This document shows, in pieces, positions 8,540 through 18,288 of a DNA stretch of 29,352 nt (within the stretch, counting starts at the first letter, position 1; each line of letters starts with the position of its first letter). This stretch comes from Lentisphaeria bacterium (GTDB lineage Bacteria; Verrucomicrobiota; Lentisphaeria; Oligosphaerales; Oligosphaeraceae): NCBI GenBank assembly GCA_016302725.1, contig JAEDNB010000001.1:1-29352 (forward strand), written 5' to 3'. Below the pieces are notes generated by a model. That model was given only the letters and a program-made list of their open reading frames with translations, was not told the origin of the DNA and did not search any database. The translations under genes and the position numbers were made by a program.

Positions 8540-10297
8540 TCAGGCGGGCTTGCCGGCCTTTGCGGGGGCCTTGCCCAGGGAGGCCCTCTTTTCCAATCTG
8601 CGGAAGAGGAGCATCTGGGCGATGGAGGTCAATTGGTTGACGGTCATGTAGAGGGTGAGTCCCGCAGGCATGTTGTAGAAGAAGACCACGAAGACGAGGG
8701 ACATGATGTTCATCATCCTGGCCTGGCTGGGGTCGGGCATGGGCTGGAGTTTTTGCTGGAGAAGCATGGTGACTCCGGTGAGGATGGCCAGGGGATGGAT
8801 GGGGAGTCCGAAGACGGGGTCGGGCATGGAGAGGTCTGCGACCCAGAGGAAGGAGGCGTTACGGATTTCGATGGCGCCCCGGAAGGTGTTGAACATGGCG
8901 AAGAAGACGGGGATTTGGACCAGCATGGGGAGGCATCCGCCGGTCTGGCTCACCTGGTTCTCCTTGAAGAGCTTGTTCTGTTCATAGTACATCCTCTGGG
9001 GGTCTTCCTTGTATTTTTCCCGGAGGACCTTCAGTTGGGGCTGGAGGGCGCTCATCTTCTTCATGCTCCTGGTGCTATGCCAGGCCAGGGGCATGAAGAC
9101 CACCTTCACCAGGAGGGTGATGAGGATGATGGCCAGTCCGTAGGCACAGGAGGGGGGGAACCATCCGGCAATGCCGTTGAGGGCCTTCAGGAGCATCTTG
9201 CAGAGCCATCCCATCCAGTCGAAGTGCCAGAAGAAGAAGAGGTCCATGTTGAGGATGGAAGGGAGGCCCTGGCCCATGGGCTCCAGCATCTGGAGGCTCT
9301 TGGGGCCGGAGTAGCCTGTGATGGTGAAGGTGACGCTCTCCCCGGGGGCCAGGGTGACCTCGGGCAACAGGGCCTCGGCGGAGAAGTATTCCTGGGGGAG
9401 GAGTTCCTGGGGCTGGCGGGGGGCGAAGCCCGGGAAGGGGGCGGGGGAGCCGTCCACGGTCAGGTTCCGGAGGGCGAAGAGGAAATATTTGGAGGAGACG
9501 CCCACCCAGTTGGCGGGGGTGGTTTCATACTGGGCCACTTTGGCGGGGGTCAGTTTCCGGGAGATGGCCTTCATGTCCAGGGTCTTGGCGTCTCCCTTGG
9601 CGGCCCGTCCGTAGGCGACGCAGCCGGAGAGGTATTTGGAGGCGAAGGAGCCTCCTTCGTCCCCGGCGAGGAAATCGGGGAGTGCGCCGCAGGAGACGGC
9701 GGTGCGTCCCAGGCTCACGGGCTGCGTGCTTCCGTTGGTGAAGCGTAGGGTATAGAGGAGGGAGTAGGCGTTGGGCTGTCCCTGTGCGTCCACCTTCCAG
9801 GATTCATCCACCCGGAGGAGGCTGTCCGCGGTGGCGCGGTGGAGGGTGAGGCTGTCCTGGGCGATGGTGGGTTCGGCGATTTCGTGGAGGGTCCTGCCCG
9901 GGAGGTTCAGGGAGAGGAAGGGGACCTTCTCCCGTCCCATGGCCACGGATTCCCTGGGGCCTTTCCGGTCCCCTGTCTGCCAATGGTAGTTGGCCAGGGT
10001 CACCTTGGTCACCCCCCCCTTCATGGGGTCCACCTGGACTTCCATGAGTTCCGGCAGGGAGAGGAGCACAGGCTCCCGCTGGACGAAAGGAGGCAGGGCG
10101 GCGGGCTCTCCGGGGACAACGGGGGCGTCCTGCGGGGCGGCCATGGTCGCCTCCTGGCTGACCACGGGGTTGGCGGGGATGGGCTGGGGCGCCTGGGCGG
10201 CCCGCCGGGTATGGGTCCAGTTGTAGGCGAAAATCAGGGCCAGCGCCACAATGCAGACCAGGGAGCCGAGGATGGTGACGGGATCGAATTTCTTCAT
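8540..10297 (-). CDS. yidC: Membrane protein insertase YidC
   Basis: N-terminal TM and periplasmic domain, [57 protein letters not shown]. Confidence 0.97.
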   Translation of the reverse strand: MKKFDPVTILGSLVCIVALALIFAYNWTHTRRAAQAPQPIPANPVVSQEATMAAPQDAPVVPGEPAALPPFVQREPVLLSLPELMEVQVDPMKGGVTKVTLANYHWQTGDRKGPRESVAMGREKVPFLSLNLPGRTLHEIAEPTIAQDSLTLHRATADSLLRVDESWKVDAQGQPNAYSLLYTLRFTNGSTQPVSLGRTAVSCGALPDFLAGDEGGSFASKYLSGCVAYGRAAKGDAKTLDMKAISRKLTPAKVAQYETTPANWVGVSSKYFLFALRNLTVDGSPAPFPGFAPRQPQELLPQEYFSAEALLPEVTLAPGESVTFTITGYSGPKSLQMLEPMGQGLPSILNMDLFFFWHFDWMGWLCKMLLKALNGIAGWFPPSCAYGLAIILITLLVKVVFMPLAWHSTRSMKKMSALQPQLKVLREKYKEDPQRMYYEQNKLFKENQVSQTGGCLPMLVQIPVFFAMFNTFRGAIEIRNASFLWVADLSMPDPVFGLPIHPLAILTGVTMLLQQKLQPMPDPSQARMMNIMSLVFVVFFYNMPAGLTLYMTVNQLTSIAQMLLFRRLEKRASLGKAPAKAGKPA

Positions 10298-10674
10298 GGA
10301 CGATGGGATTCCGTGGGCGTGGAGGGGGGATTCCCTGGGGAATCCGGCCTTTCCGGAAGAGAGGCTTCCCGTGGCGTGGGGGGTGGTGGCACGGGATCGA
10401 CAAGGGGGCCCCGGTAGAAAGGGTGGCAGCGGAGGATTCTCCAGAGGGTAAGGCGGAGCCCCTTCCAGAAGCCGTGGAGCCGGAAGGCTTCCCTTCCATA
10501 GTGGGAGCAGGAGGGGGAGAAGCGGCAGACGGAGGGCTTCAGGGGGCTGATGAAGCGCTGGTATCCCCCGATGAGAAGGAGGCAGGCGCGGGCCGCCAGG
10601 GAGGGGGCGGCGGGTTCCCGGGGTTCCCGGGGGATGGCGCCAGGGGATTTCCCTTCCCCTGCGGGACGGCTCAT
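10294..10674 (-). CDS. yidD: Membrane protein insertion efficiency factor YidD
   Basis: [22 protein letters not shown]...RILRCHPF...DPVP; ATG at 10674 overlaps the rnpA stop (ATGA). Confidence 0.93.
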   Translation of the reverse strand: MSRPAGEGKSPGAIPREPREPAAPSLAARACLLLIGGYQRFISPLKPSVCRFSPSCSHYGREAFRLHGFWKGLRLTLWRILRCHPFYRGPLVDPVPPPPTPREASLPERPDSPGNPPSTPTESHRP

Positions 10675-11096
10675 GGGGCCGTCTCCGCCCTGTCCAGGGC
10701 AGCGGCGGCGGGAGGGAGCACCCCGCCTTTGCGGAGGAGCCTGGCGACCTCTGGCAGCACCTGGCCCAGTTTGGCTCCCTTGATGCCCCGCCGGGGAATC
10801 ATCAGCACCCAGCAGGGGGAGAGGGAGGGGAAGAGGGTGCGCCAGCATTCCCGCAGTAGCCGGCGGGCGCGGTTGCGCACCACGGCGGAGAGGTCGAATT
10901 TGCGGGAAATCAAAAACGCCGTCCGGCAGGAAGTGTCCGGCGGCGTCCTCAAAACGACAATGACACAGTAGCGTCCAGGGAGGTTGTTTCCCCCCTGGCG
11001 AACTGTGTCAAGCTGGGTGCGGCAGCGCAGCCTTGCGTCCGGGCCGAATGCCTTTGCGGAAGGATGGCAGCCGCTTTCCCCGGCCATGGCGGACAT
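10671..11096 (-). CDS. rnpA: Ribonuclease P protein component
   Basis: [21 protein letters not shown] (RNR motif); located between rpmH and yidD. Confidence 0.92.
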   Translation of the reverse strand: MSAMAGESGCHPSAKAFGPDARLRCRTQLDTVRQGGNNLPGRYCVIVVLRTPPDTSCRTAFLISRKFDLSAVVRNRARRLLRECWRTLFPSLSPCWVLMIPRRGIKGAKLGQVLPEVARLLRKGGVLPPAAAALDRAETAP

Positions 11097-11109
11097 GGGG
11101 AAAGTCTAG

Positions 11110-11244
11110 TTAGACGGTCAGGCGCTTGCGCCCCACCTTGCGGCGGTGAGCCAGGATTTTGCGTCCGTCCGCCGTGGACATGCGCTTGCGGAAACCATGG
11201 GTGCGCTTCCGGCTCTTGTTGTGGGGCTGGTAGGTCATTTTCAT
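11110..11244 (-). CDS. rpmH: 50S ribosomal protein L34
   Basis: Manual translation [44 protein letters not shown] (44 aa, below the ORF-track cutoff). Confidence 0.97.
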   Translation of the reverse strand: MKMTYQPHNKSRKRTHGFRKRMSTADGRKILAHRRKVGRKRLTV

Positions 11245-11310
11245 GATCGTAATTCCTTATAAAAGAGTGTGATATGGATGAAGAAAAAAATCCTGTCCCG
11301 AATCGGTGAG

Positions 11311-11344
11311 CCGCTTAATATAAGCGGAAAAGGCGGGATTTCAA
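11311..11344 (-). promoter_or_regulatory. Probable rpmH promoter with a dyad over the -10
   Basis: Minus strand TTGAAA-16 bp-TATATT; dyad CCGCTTA-ATA-TAAGCGG at 11311-11327. Confidence 0.55.
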
Positions 11345-11373
11345 GGAGTTCCGCACATCCGCCGGGGCGGGGG

Positions 11374-11739
11374 TCATTGGCAGAAGGCGTCGTATTGTTC
11401 CCGGGAGAGGAGGGAATCCAGGGCATTGGCGTCGGGGTCTTTCAGGAGGCAGATCCATCCTTCGCCCTCGGGGTCGTCGTTGAGGGGGGCGGGGTTTTTT
11501 TCCAGGGGGGAGTTGACGGCGGCGACGGTTCCGGTGACGGGCATGAAGACATCGCTGGCGGCCTTGACGGATTCCACGACGCAGAGGGGTTCGCCTCCGT
11601 GGACGCATTTGTCCATGGCGGGCAGTTCGATGAAGGTGATTTCCCCCAGTTCATTGGCGGCGTATTGGGTGATGCCCACCTTTGCGGTGCCGTCCTGCTG
11701 CAGTTCGATCCACTGGTGTTCCTTGGTGTATTTTCTCAT
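11374..11739 (-). CDS. gcvH: Glycine cleavage system H protein (lipoyl carrier)
   Basis: MRKYTKEHQW, VGITQYA, lipoyl-lysine motif VESVKAASD, NDDPEGEGWI. Confidence 0.95.
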   Translation of the reverse strand: MRKYTKEHQWIELQQDGTAKVGITQYAANELGEITFIELPAMDKCVHGGEPLCVVESVKAASDVFMPVTGTVAAVNSPLEKNPAPLNDDPEGEGWICLLKDPDANALDSLLSREQYDAFCQ

Positions 11740-11812
11740 GGTATTCCTTGGGGTTCGGGAGGTGGGTACGCCCCCTGTCCGGTTATTTCGGGGGGGGGCG
11801 TGGGTATCTTTT

Positions 11813-12352
11813 TTAGGGGGCATTCGCCCTGCCCTGCCCTGTTTCTGGGGGTGTGGGGCAGAGTGCCAGGAGGGTTACCTGTGCGGCCAGGGCCTCGCCC
11901 CGTCCCACCTCCCCCATTCCATTGAGGCTCTTTGCCTTGAGGGAGATTTGTGCCGGCTCTGCCTGGAGGAGTTCCGCCAGGCGTCGGCGGAGGGGGAGGA
12001 GGAAGGGGGCCATTTTGGGCTGTCGTGTGAAGACCGTGGCGTCCAGGTTGGCCAGCCTCCATCCCTTCAGCCGGGGATCCTGGAGGAGGGTCTGGAGGAG
12101 GGTGGCGCTGTCGGCGTCCTTCCATTGGGGGTCCTGGTCAGGGAACCATGCGCCCAGGTCTCCCAGTGCGGCGGAGCCCAGGATGGCGTCCATGAGGGCA
12201 TGGAGGAGGGGGTCTCCGTCGGAGTGTCCGCAGGGTCCCAGGGCGAGGGGATGGGGGAGGGTGAGTCCTCCCAGTCGGAAGGGGCGTCCCTTTTGGAGGG
12301 GATGGATGTCGAAGCCTTGTCCGATGCGGAGGGGGGGGAGGTCTGGGGCCAC
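11813..12352 (-). CDS. ispF: 2-C-methyl-D-erythritol 2,4-cyclodiphosphate synthase
   Basis: RIGQGFDIH, GHSDGD..LHA..DA.LG, GDLG..FPD, NLDATV, SLKAKS. Confidence 0.95.
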   Translation of the reverse strand: MAPDLPPLRIGQGFDIHPLQKGRPFRLGGLTLPHPLALGPCGHSDGDPLLHALMDAILGSAALGDLGAWFPDQDPQWKDADSATLLQTLLQDPRLKGWRLANLDATVFTRQPKMAPFLLPLRRRLAELLQAEPAQISLKAKSLNGMGEVGRGEALAAQVTLLALCPTPPETGQGRANAP

Positions 12353-12379
12353 GGGCGTGGGGGTCTCCTGGTCAGGGGG

Positions 12380-12961
12380 CTACTTTGCGGGGGGTGGTTC
12401 CGGCTGTGCGGCCAGGGCCAGGATTTGGGCGGCGGCGTCCCGTGCCAATTGGGGGAGGGCGGCCCTTTGTGCGAGGGCCAGGTCCTGGAGGAGGGGCACG
12501 TCAGCGGTGACTTCCACCTTTCCCGCGCGTGGGGGCAGGGCGGGGTCGGCCGGGGTGGCGGTGTATTCGCAGGACATGGTCAGGCGGTAGAGGACCGTCT
12601 GGTAGGAATCGCTGTCGTCGTGGCTGGCGATGGATTTCCTGGTGCGTGCCCTGGCGGCCTTGCCCTGGTCCAGGGGGAGGACCTTCACGGCCAGGCGGAG
12701 TTCCGGTTCGCCCATGGGCGGGGCCAGGCGGAGTCCGGGGGTCTGGGCGATGCGTTCCGCCAGGGTATCCCGGAGGAGGGTGGAGAGGGCCTCTTCCTGG
12801 CTCAAGTTGACCACGGGTTCCAGGGCGATGGTGCGCTGTCCCCGGGGGAAATCCGTTCCCCACCGGTAGGTGGTGCAGGAGGCCAGGAGGAGGGCGTTGG
12901 CGGCCAGGAGGAGGGTGGCGGCCAGGAGGGGTCTCCGCAGGGCAAGGGGTCTGGTTTTCAT
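12380..12961 (-). CDS. LptE-like outer-membrane lipoprotein
   Basis: ATG 12961 overlaps the upstream stop; lipobox LLAS-C, then TIALEPVVNLS..E and YRLTM beta strand; follows a BamD-like TPR gene. Confidence 0.7.
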   Translation of the reverse strand: MKTRPLALRRPLLAATLLLAANALLLASCTTYRWGTDFPRGQRTIALEPVVNLSQEEALSTLLRDTLAERIAQTPGLRLAPPMGEPELRLAVKVLPLDQGKAARARTRKSIASHDDSDSYQTVLYRLTMSCEYTATPADPALPPRAGKVEVTADVPLLQDLALAQRAALPQLARDAAAQILALAAQPEPPPAK

Positions 12962-13911
12962 GGGGCGGCCTCCTCCTTTTCCGGGAAGAGTTCGGCCAAC
13001 TTGAGTTTGGCGCGCCGTCCGGCGGGGGTGTCGTCGTAGTCCCGCTGGAGGTCCACCAGGTACCTTCTGGCCACCTGGGGCTTGTAGTGGTATTTGGTGA
13101 GATAGAAGTTGGCCCGTTCCCAGAGGCGTTCCGCTTCGCGGTTCCGGCACTCCTGGACAATCCGGCGGGCATCCTCCCGGCGCGGGTCGTCCTCCCCGGC
13201 GATTTCCAGGAATCTCCGGGCCTCCCGGACGGCGGCCTTGCCGATGGTGCCGTCCCCGTCCCGTTTGGCGGCGGTGTCGTCCAGGAGCCTGGCCAGTCCG
13301 TATCGGGCATTGGGGTCCTGGGGGAGGGCCTTGATGATCTCCTGGTAGGTATTGACGGCGTCCTCCACCAGTCCCTCCTCCTTTTGCATGTCGGCCAGGG
13401 TCAGGCGGTCATCCAGGGAGCGTTTCACATCCCCCTGGTATTGGATGAGGGTCTTGTAGATTTGGATGGCGGTGACGGGGTCGTCCATTCCCAGGAACGT
13501 GCCCTGTCCGTTTTGGAAATCGTCGGCCAGTTGCCGGAGTTGCTGGAAGACGTGTTCCAGGGGGATGTGGTAGAGGTGGTCCTGGAGGAGGGCGGCATAG
13601 GCTTCCAGGGCGGCGTGGGGTTTCCGTGCCCGGAGGAGGGTCTGTGCCTGGAGATAGAGGAATTCCGCCTTCCTGGCTTCGTCCTTTTGGAGCTTGGCGG
13701 CCTTTCCGTAGAGCTTGGCGGCCTTTTTGAACTCCTGTCGGTCCAGGCACTCCTCCGCCTGGCGCACCCAGGCCCGGGTCTCCGAGAAATTCTGGAAATC
13801 CTCCAGGGGATTGGTGGAGGTGGATTCGGCATCTCCGGCGACCAGGAGGGGGACGCACAGGGACAGCAGGAGGAACGCCCGCAGGAGGCGCAGGGAAAGG
13901 GGGTGTCTCAT
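12958..13911 (-). CDS. Secreted TPR protein, BamD/YfiO-like
   Basis: Signal peptide, multiple TPR-like helical pairs, C-terminal A.FY...A.RY...L...Y.DT pattern as in BamD. Confidence 0.7.
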   Translation of the reverse strand: MRHPLSLRLLRAFLLLSLCVPLLVAGDAESTSTNPLEDFQNFSETRAWVRQAEECLDRQEFKKAAKLYGKAAKLQKDEARKAEFLYLQAQTLLRARKPHAALEAYAALLQDHLYHIPLEHVFQQLRQLADDFQNGQGTFLGMDDPVTAIQIYKTLIQYQGDVKRSLDDRLTLADMQKEEGLVEDAVNTYQEIIKALPQDPNARYGLARLLDDTAAKRDGDGTIGKAAVREARRFLEIAGEDDPRREDARRIVQECRNREAERLWERANFYLTKYHYKPQVARRYLVDLQRDYDDTPAGRRAKLKLAELFPEKEEAAP

Positions 13912-14031
13912 CTTCGCTTCAGGGAGGACAAGGGGGAAAGGGGGGGGCGGCGGAGCCACGGGAAATGGGCAGGAGAGGCCTTAAGATAACCCCGTTTGAC
14001 GGAACCACAGATTCCCGCCGGGGGCGGGGCT

Positions 14032-14922
14032 TTACGGGGCGGGGGCGTGGAGGGTGGCGGGGATGCCCAGGGGGCACGCCAGGGAGGGGTGGCTGTGTCC
14101 CAGGGGGTATTGGGCGACCACGGGGCCGGGGATCCAGGCGGCGGCCTCCTGGAGGATTTCGGGGAGATATTCTGAATCTTCGCCCTGGGTGAATTGGCCG
14201 AAGACTGCCCCGGCGAGGGTCTTGAGGAGGCCGGCGCTGCGGAGTTGCGTCAGCATCCGATCAATGGCGTGGGCGGGTTCGTTCACGTCCTCCAGGATGA
14301 GGATGGTCCCCTGCAGGCGTGGCTGGAAGGGGGTGCCCAGCAGGGCGGTCAGCATGGTGAGGTTCACGGGGATGACGGGGCCGCGGGCGGTTCCCGGGCG
14401 CAGGGTCTTCAAGGGCAGTCCCTTGGGCTGTAGGGCCCATTTCCCCTGCAAGGCCTGGAGGAAGGAGTCCCTCTCCTGCGGGAAGCCCGGACTTTCCGGC
14501 CCCCGTGCCCAGCTGGAGCAGACCATGGGGCCGTGGATGAGCCGCCGGCAGCCCCTGTCCCAGGCGGCCACCAGGAGCGCGGAGAGGTCGCTGTATCCGC
14601 AGAGGGTCTTTCCCGAGGCCTTGAGGAGGGGGAAGTCCACCTGGTCCAGGAGGCGGGTCACCCCGAAGCCCCCCCTGGCGGCCACCAGGAGTTCCCGTCC
14701 GGGGGCTTCCAGGAGGGCGTGGAAGCGGGCCAGCCGGGAGTCGTCCGTCCCCGCCAGGCGTCGGGGGCCTCCCGCGCATTGGCAGTCGCAGTGGACGGGC
14801 AGGCCCCCCAGGGCGCGGGAGAGCTCTTCGCAGCCCCGGGCCAGGGCGACTGCCTGGGGGGCGTTGGAGAGGGCGAAGACGCCCACGCTCCGGAGTTCCG
14901 TGGGAAAGGGCGGGGTTTCCAT
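14032..14922 (-). CDS. ldcA: LD-carboxypeptidase (peptidase S66)
   Basis: ARGGFG, catalytic GYSD, HGPM, LEDVNE, DRMLTQL, PLGH. Confidence 0.9.
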   Translation of the reverse strand: METPPFPTELRSVGVFALSNAPQAVALARGCEELSRALGGLPVHCDCQCAGGPRRLAGTDDSRLARFHALLEAPGRELLVAARGGFGVTRLLDQVDFPLLKASGKTLCGYSDLSALLVAAWDRGCRRLIHGPMVCSSWARGPESPGFPQERDSFLQALQGKWALQPKGLPLKTLRPGTARGPVIPVNLTMLTALLGTPFQPRLQGTILILEDVNEPAHAIDRMLTQLRSAGLLKTLAGAVFGQFTQGEDSEYLPEILQEAAAWIPGPVVAQYPLGHSHPSLACPLGIPATLHAPAP

Positions 14923-14974
14923 CTGCCGGGATGGGGGGGCTCATGCCCCGTGGGGCGGGGGCGCCGTGTTGGGG

Positions 14975-16069
14975 TTATCGGTTGTTGAGCATGTAGTACT
15001 GGGTGATTTCCTGGTCCCGGCAGAAGATGGTGGCGATGAGTGCCGCCCGGATCCACATTCCGTTGCGTTCCTGCCGCCAGTAGACCGCCCTGGTGTCGTC
15101 GTCGCAGTCGGTGGAGATTTCCAGCCGCCGGGGGAGGGGGTGCATGATGACGCCCTTGGGGGAGAGCCGTTTCAGGTCCTCTCCGGTGAAATAATAGTCT
15201 TCCTGCCGGTATCCCCGGGAGCTTTCGCCGGGCTTGCTGTCCCACTCGTCCTGGAGTCGGGTCATGTAGACGGCGTCGGCCTCGGGGATTTTTCCCTTGA
15301 AGTCGTGGGTGACCTCGTATTCCACGCCGGCGGCGCGGAGCTGCTCCAGGATGTCCTCCCCGATTTGGAGTGCCTCCGGGGCGGCGAAGATCTGCTTCAC
15401 GTTGCGGTATTGCTGGAGGAGGCCGGAGAGGGAGCGGACGGTGCGCCCCCGTGCCAGGTCTCCGCAGAAGAGGACGGTCTTTCCGTCGATGCCGCCCTGC
15501 CTTTCGAAGGAGCGCTGGAGGGTATAGATGTCCAGGAGTGCCTGGGTGGGGTGCTGGTCCTTTCCGCTGCCGGCGTTGATGATGGGGACGGGGCGTTCGG
15601 TGCGGGAGATCATCCAGGCCATCTTTTCGGCGAATCCCTGGGCGGGGGTGCGCATGACGATAAGGTCGAAGAAACTGCTGAAGGTGCGGATGGTGTCCTC
15701 CTTGGTCTCCCCCTTCATTTCGCTGGAGATGGAGGTGTCTCGCACTTCCGCCGGGCTGAAGCCCAGGATTTGGCAGGCGGAGAAGAAGGAGAGGAAGGTG
15801 CGGGTGCTGGGCTGGGTGAAGTAGAGCATGGCCCGCTTGTTCCGCATTAGGCTGGAGAGGAAGTCGCTGCCCACCTTGCTTTTGGCGATGCGCCGGATGC
15901 GGGTGGCCAGGTCGCAAAGGTTGTCCAGGGAATCCCGGTCGAATTGCTGGGCGATGACGCAGTGGTAGGGGCGTCCGCTGGACTGCTTGAAATAGGGGGC
16001 GCGCTGGGCCAGGGGCAGGCGCTCGAAGTCCTCCCACTCCAGTTCTTCCATCATTCTGCGCTGGGTCAT
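14975..16069 (-). CDS. pyrB: Aspartate carbamoyltransferase catalytic subunit
   Basis: PSTRTFLSF, KGET.EDT, INAG.G..QHPTQALLD, GDL..GRTVRS, YMTRLQDE, MHPLPR. Start at MTQRR after AAGGAG. Confidence 0.94.
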   Translation of the reverse strand: MTQRRMMEELEWEDFERLPLAQRAPYFKQSSGRPYHCVIAQQFDRDSLDNLCDLATRIRRIAKSKVGSDFLSSLMRNKRAMLYFTQPSTRTFLSFFSACQILGFSPAEVRDTSISSEMKGETKEDTIRTFSSFFDLIVMRTPAQGFAEKMAWMISRTERPVPIINAGSGKDQHPTQALLDIYTLQRSFERQGGIDGKTVLFCGDLARGRTVRSLSGLLQQYRNVKQIFAAPEALQIGEDILEQLRAAGVEYEVTHDFKGKIPEADAVYMTRLQDEWDSKPGESSRGYRQEDYYFTGEDLKRLSPKGVIMHPLPRRLEISTDCDDDTRAVYWRQERNGMWIRAALIATIFCRDQEITQYYMLNNR

Positions 16070-16193
16070 GGTTCTTTTCTCTCCTTGGAAATGGGTGGAT
16101 GTCCTCTGGGAAACGGGCTCTCCCCGGGGCGGGGGAGATGCGGGGAAGGGGGAGTCGCCCGCCCCGGGGGCGGGGCAGGGCAGGGGGCGTTCC

Positions 16194-17192
16194 CTAGGCC
16201 AGGGAGGCCACAATCATCGCCTTGATGGTGTGCAGGCGGTTCTCCGCCTCGTCGAAGACCTTGGAGAAGGGGGCCTCGAAGACCTCGTCGGTGACCTCCA
16301 TGGCGCCGTAGTCCCGGGAGACCTCGGTGTTGGCGTCATGGAAGGCGGGGAGGCAATGGAGGAAGATGACTCTTCCGGACTCCAGGTTCCCGGTGTTGCG
16401 CACCATGTCCATGTTGATTTGGAAGGGGCGCAGGAGGGCCAGGCGCTGCTGGAAGAGGGCTTCCTCCCCCATGGAGACCCACACGTCCGTATAGAGGATG
16501 TTGGCGCCCCGGACCCCCTCCACGGGGTCGTGGGAGACCTGGATGCTGCACCCATTCCGCTTGGCGCACTCCCGGGCCAGGTCCAGGATTTCCTCGCTGG
16601 GGGAGAGTTCGGGGGGGCAGACATCCACAAAGTCCATCCCCGCCTTGGCGCAGCCCACCATGAGGGAGCTGGCCACGTTGTTGCGCCCATCCCCCACATA
16701 GGCCATCTTAAGCCCCTTCAAGGCGCCCAGATGCTCCTGGATGGTGAGGAAATCCGCCAGCACCTGGGAGGGATGCCACTCGTCCGTAAGTCCGTTCCAC
16801 ACGGGAATGCCGCTGTAGGTGGCCAAATCCTCCACCACCTTCTGGGAAAAACCCCGGAACATGATTCCGTCAAACATCCTCCCCAGGACCCGGGCGGAGT
16901 CCTTCACGGATTCCTTCTTCCCAAAGTGCAGGTCGTGGGCATTCAGGTATTCGGTGTAGCCCCCTTCGTCGTGGACGCCGCACACCGTGGCGCAGTGGGT
17001 GCGCGTGGAACTCTTCTGGAAAATGAGGGCGATGTTCTTCCGATACAACAACGCATCCTTCAGGTTCGCCCCCGATTTCTTCCTCGCCTTCAGCTCCGCC
17101 GCCAGCGATACCAGGCCAAGCATCTGCTCGTCCGTCAAGTCCAATAAACGCAAAATGCTCTTGCCGTGCAGGCCTAGTTTCTCTAAATCCAT
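16194..17192 (-). CDS. argF: Ornithine carbamoyltransferase
   Basis: FQKSSTRT, NGLTDEWHPSQ, YTDVWVSMG, FLHCLP, EAENRLHTIKA. Confidence 0.96.
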   Translation of the reverse strand: MDLEKLGLHGKSILRLLDLTDEQMLGLVSLAAELKARKKSGANLKDALLYRKNIALIFQKSSTRTHCATVCGVHDEGGYTEYLNAHDLHFGKKESVKDSARVLGRMFDGIMFRGFSQKVVEDLATYSGIPVWNGLTDEWHPSQVLADFLTIQEHLGALKGLKMAYVGDGRNNVASSLMVGCAKAGMDFVDVCPPELSPSEEILDLARECAKRNGCSIQVSHDPVEGVRGANILYTDVWVSMGEEALFQQRLALLRPFQINMDMVRNTGNLESGRVIFLHCLPAFHDANTEVSRDYGAMEVTDEVFEAPFSKVFDEAENRLHTIKAMIVASLA

Positions 17193-17344
17193 GGAAATGA
17201 AGTTCCTATGTTTTGTTGCCAGGAGGATTGCGAGTTCTTTCCGCTTCGCTCCTCAATATATTCTATATAAATCTATACAAGACACACGCCATCCAGCCTC
17301 CTGACCCCTCCTCCGGAATTTCTTCCACCTCCACTCACTCTCAA

Positions 17345-17720
17345 CAGAGAAGAATATTGGGATTTACTATAGTATAATAGAATAATGACGTGAACATGGG
17401 TGATGATAACCTAACAATATACTGAAAGCCAAGAGGATACAAGATATAATCCCGAGCCGTTTCCGCCTATTTTGGCAGGCAGGGGCAAGAAGCAGAAAAA
17501 TATTCGTAATAGATTGTAGTATAATAAGTTAATTCCATTTCTCATACCCCTGTCGGGGCCTTCTCTTCCCAATCAGAGCTACACTTCACTTTTCTACATC
17601 TAACTAGACTACACTATATTTCTGTTTACTATTTCATCCTTTCTTGTTGGGGGGCATGGGGAAAAAGGTGTTGTTGTGTGTGGCGAAACTGGAAATTAGA
17701 GTATAGTATGTTTCTGTTCA
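17345..17720. repeat. AT-rich divergent intergenic region with imperfect direct repeats and dyads
   Basis: AATATT-11/12 bp-TAGTATAATA at 17353-17379 and 17499-17526; palindrome TACTATAGTA 17365-17374; GCTACACT 17578 and ACTACACT 17608; AGTATAGTATG 17700. Confidence 0.6.
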
Positions 17721-17948
17721 GCCCTGTCCACCTCTTCTGTTTCGGAAGCCCGGGGGCAAGATTCTTGTCCGGTTTGTGGGTATGGGCGTGGTGTTGATCT
17801 GTCGTCTGTGGATTTGTCCTGTTGGCATTACCATTTTTTGGATATTTCAGAGAGAGAGGTTTTTTGCGGGAAGATTTTTTTGAAGGATAGGTTTTTTTGT
17901 GTGGGAGTGGCGGTTTTCCGTTTGGGTCGTTTTAGGAGGAATTGAGTG

Positions 17949-18287
17949 ATGTCTGGTCAATCGGAGTTGTTCATGCAGCAGCTGGAGCGTCTGGGGGAGG
18001 AGCATTTTCTTGTGTTGCTCTGGGCGGCCATGAGTGCGGACCGGAACAGGAAATACAACATCACCAACTGTTTTGACGACTTGAAGGCGGGGGGGATAAC
18101 GCGGACGAAGCAGACGGCGGTAGCGGTGGTGGAGGCGATGCACTTGCTATGCCTGATAGACGTGAAGGATGAGCGGAACCGGAAGAACATCTACCTGACG
18201 AACTTTGGTGGCCAGGCGTTGGCGAAATTGGCGGAGAGCGGTCGTTTTCAATCGAAGAAGTCCCATTTTCTAGAGGAGACCTGTTAG
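17949..18287 (+). CDS. Small winged-helix DNA-binding protein (TubR/MarR-like)
   Basis: AGGAGGA RBS. Recognition-helix-like TKQTAVAVVEAMHLLCLI, then wing DERNRKNIYLTNFG..AL typical of wHTH. Ends 1 bp before the next gene. Confidence 0.7.
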   Translation: MSGQSELFMQQLERLGEEHFLVLLWAAMSADRNRKYNITNCFDDLKAGGITRTKQTAVAVVEAMHLLCLIDVKDERNRKNIYLTNFGGQALAKLAESGRFQSKKSHFLEETC

Positions 18288-18288
18288 G

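Noticed and set aside
17345..17720. CRISPR array
   Set aside because: Only two imperfect repeat copies, no regular repeat-spacer periodicity, no cas genes.
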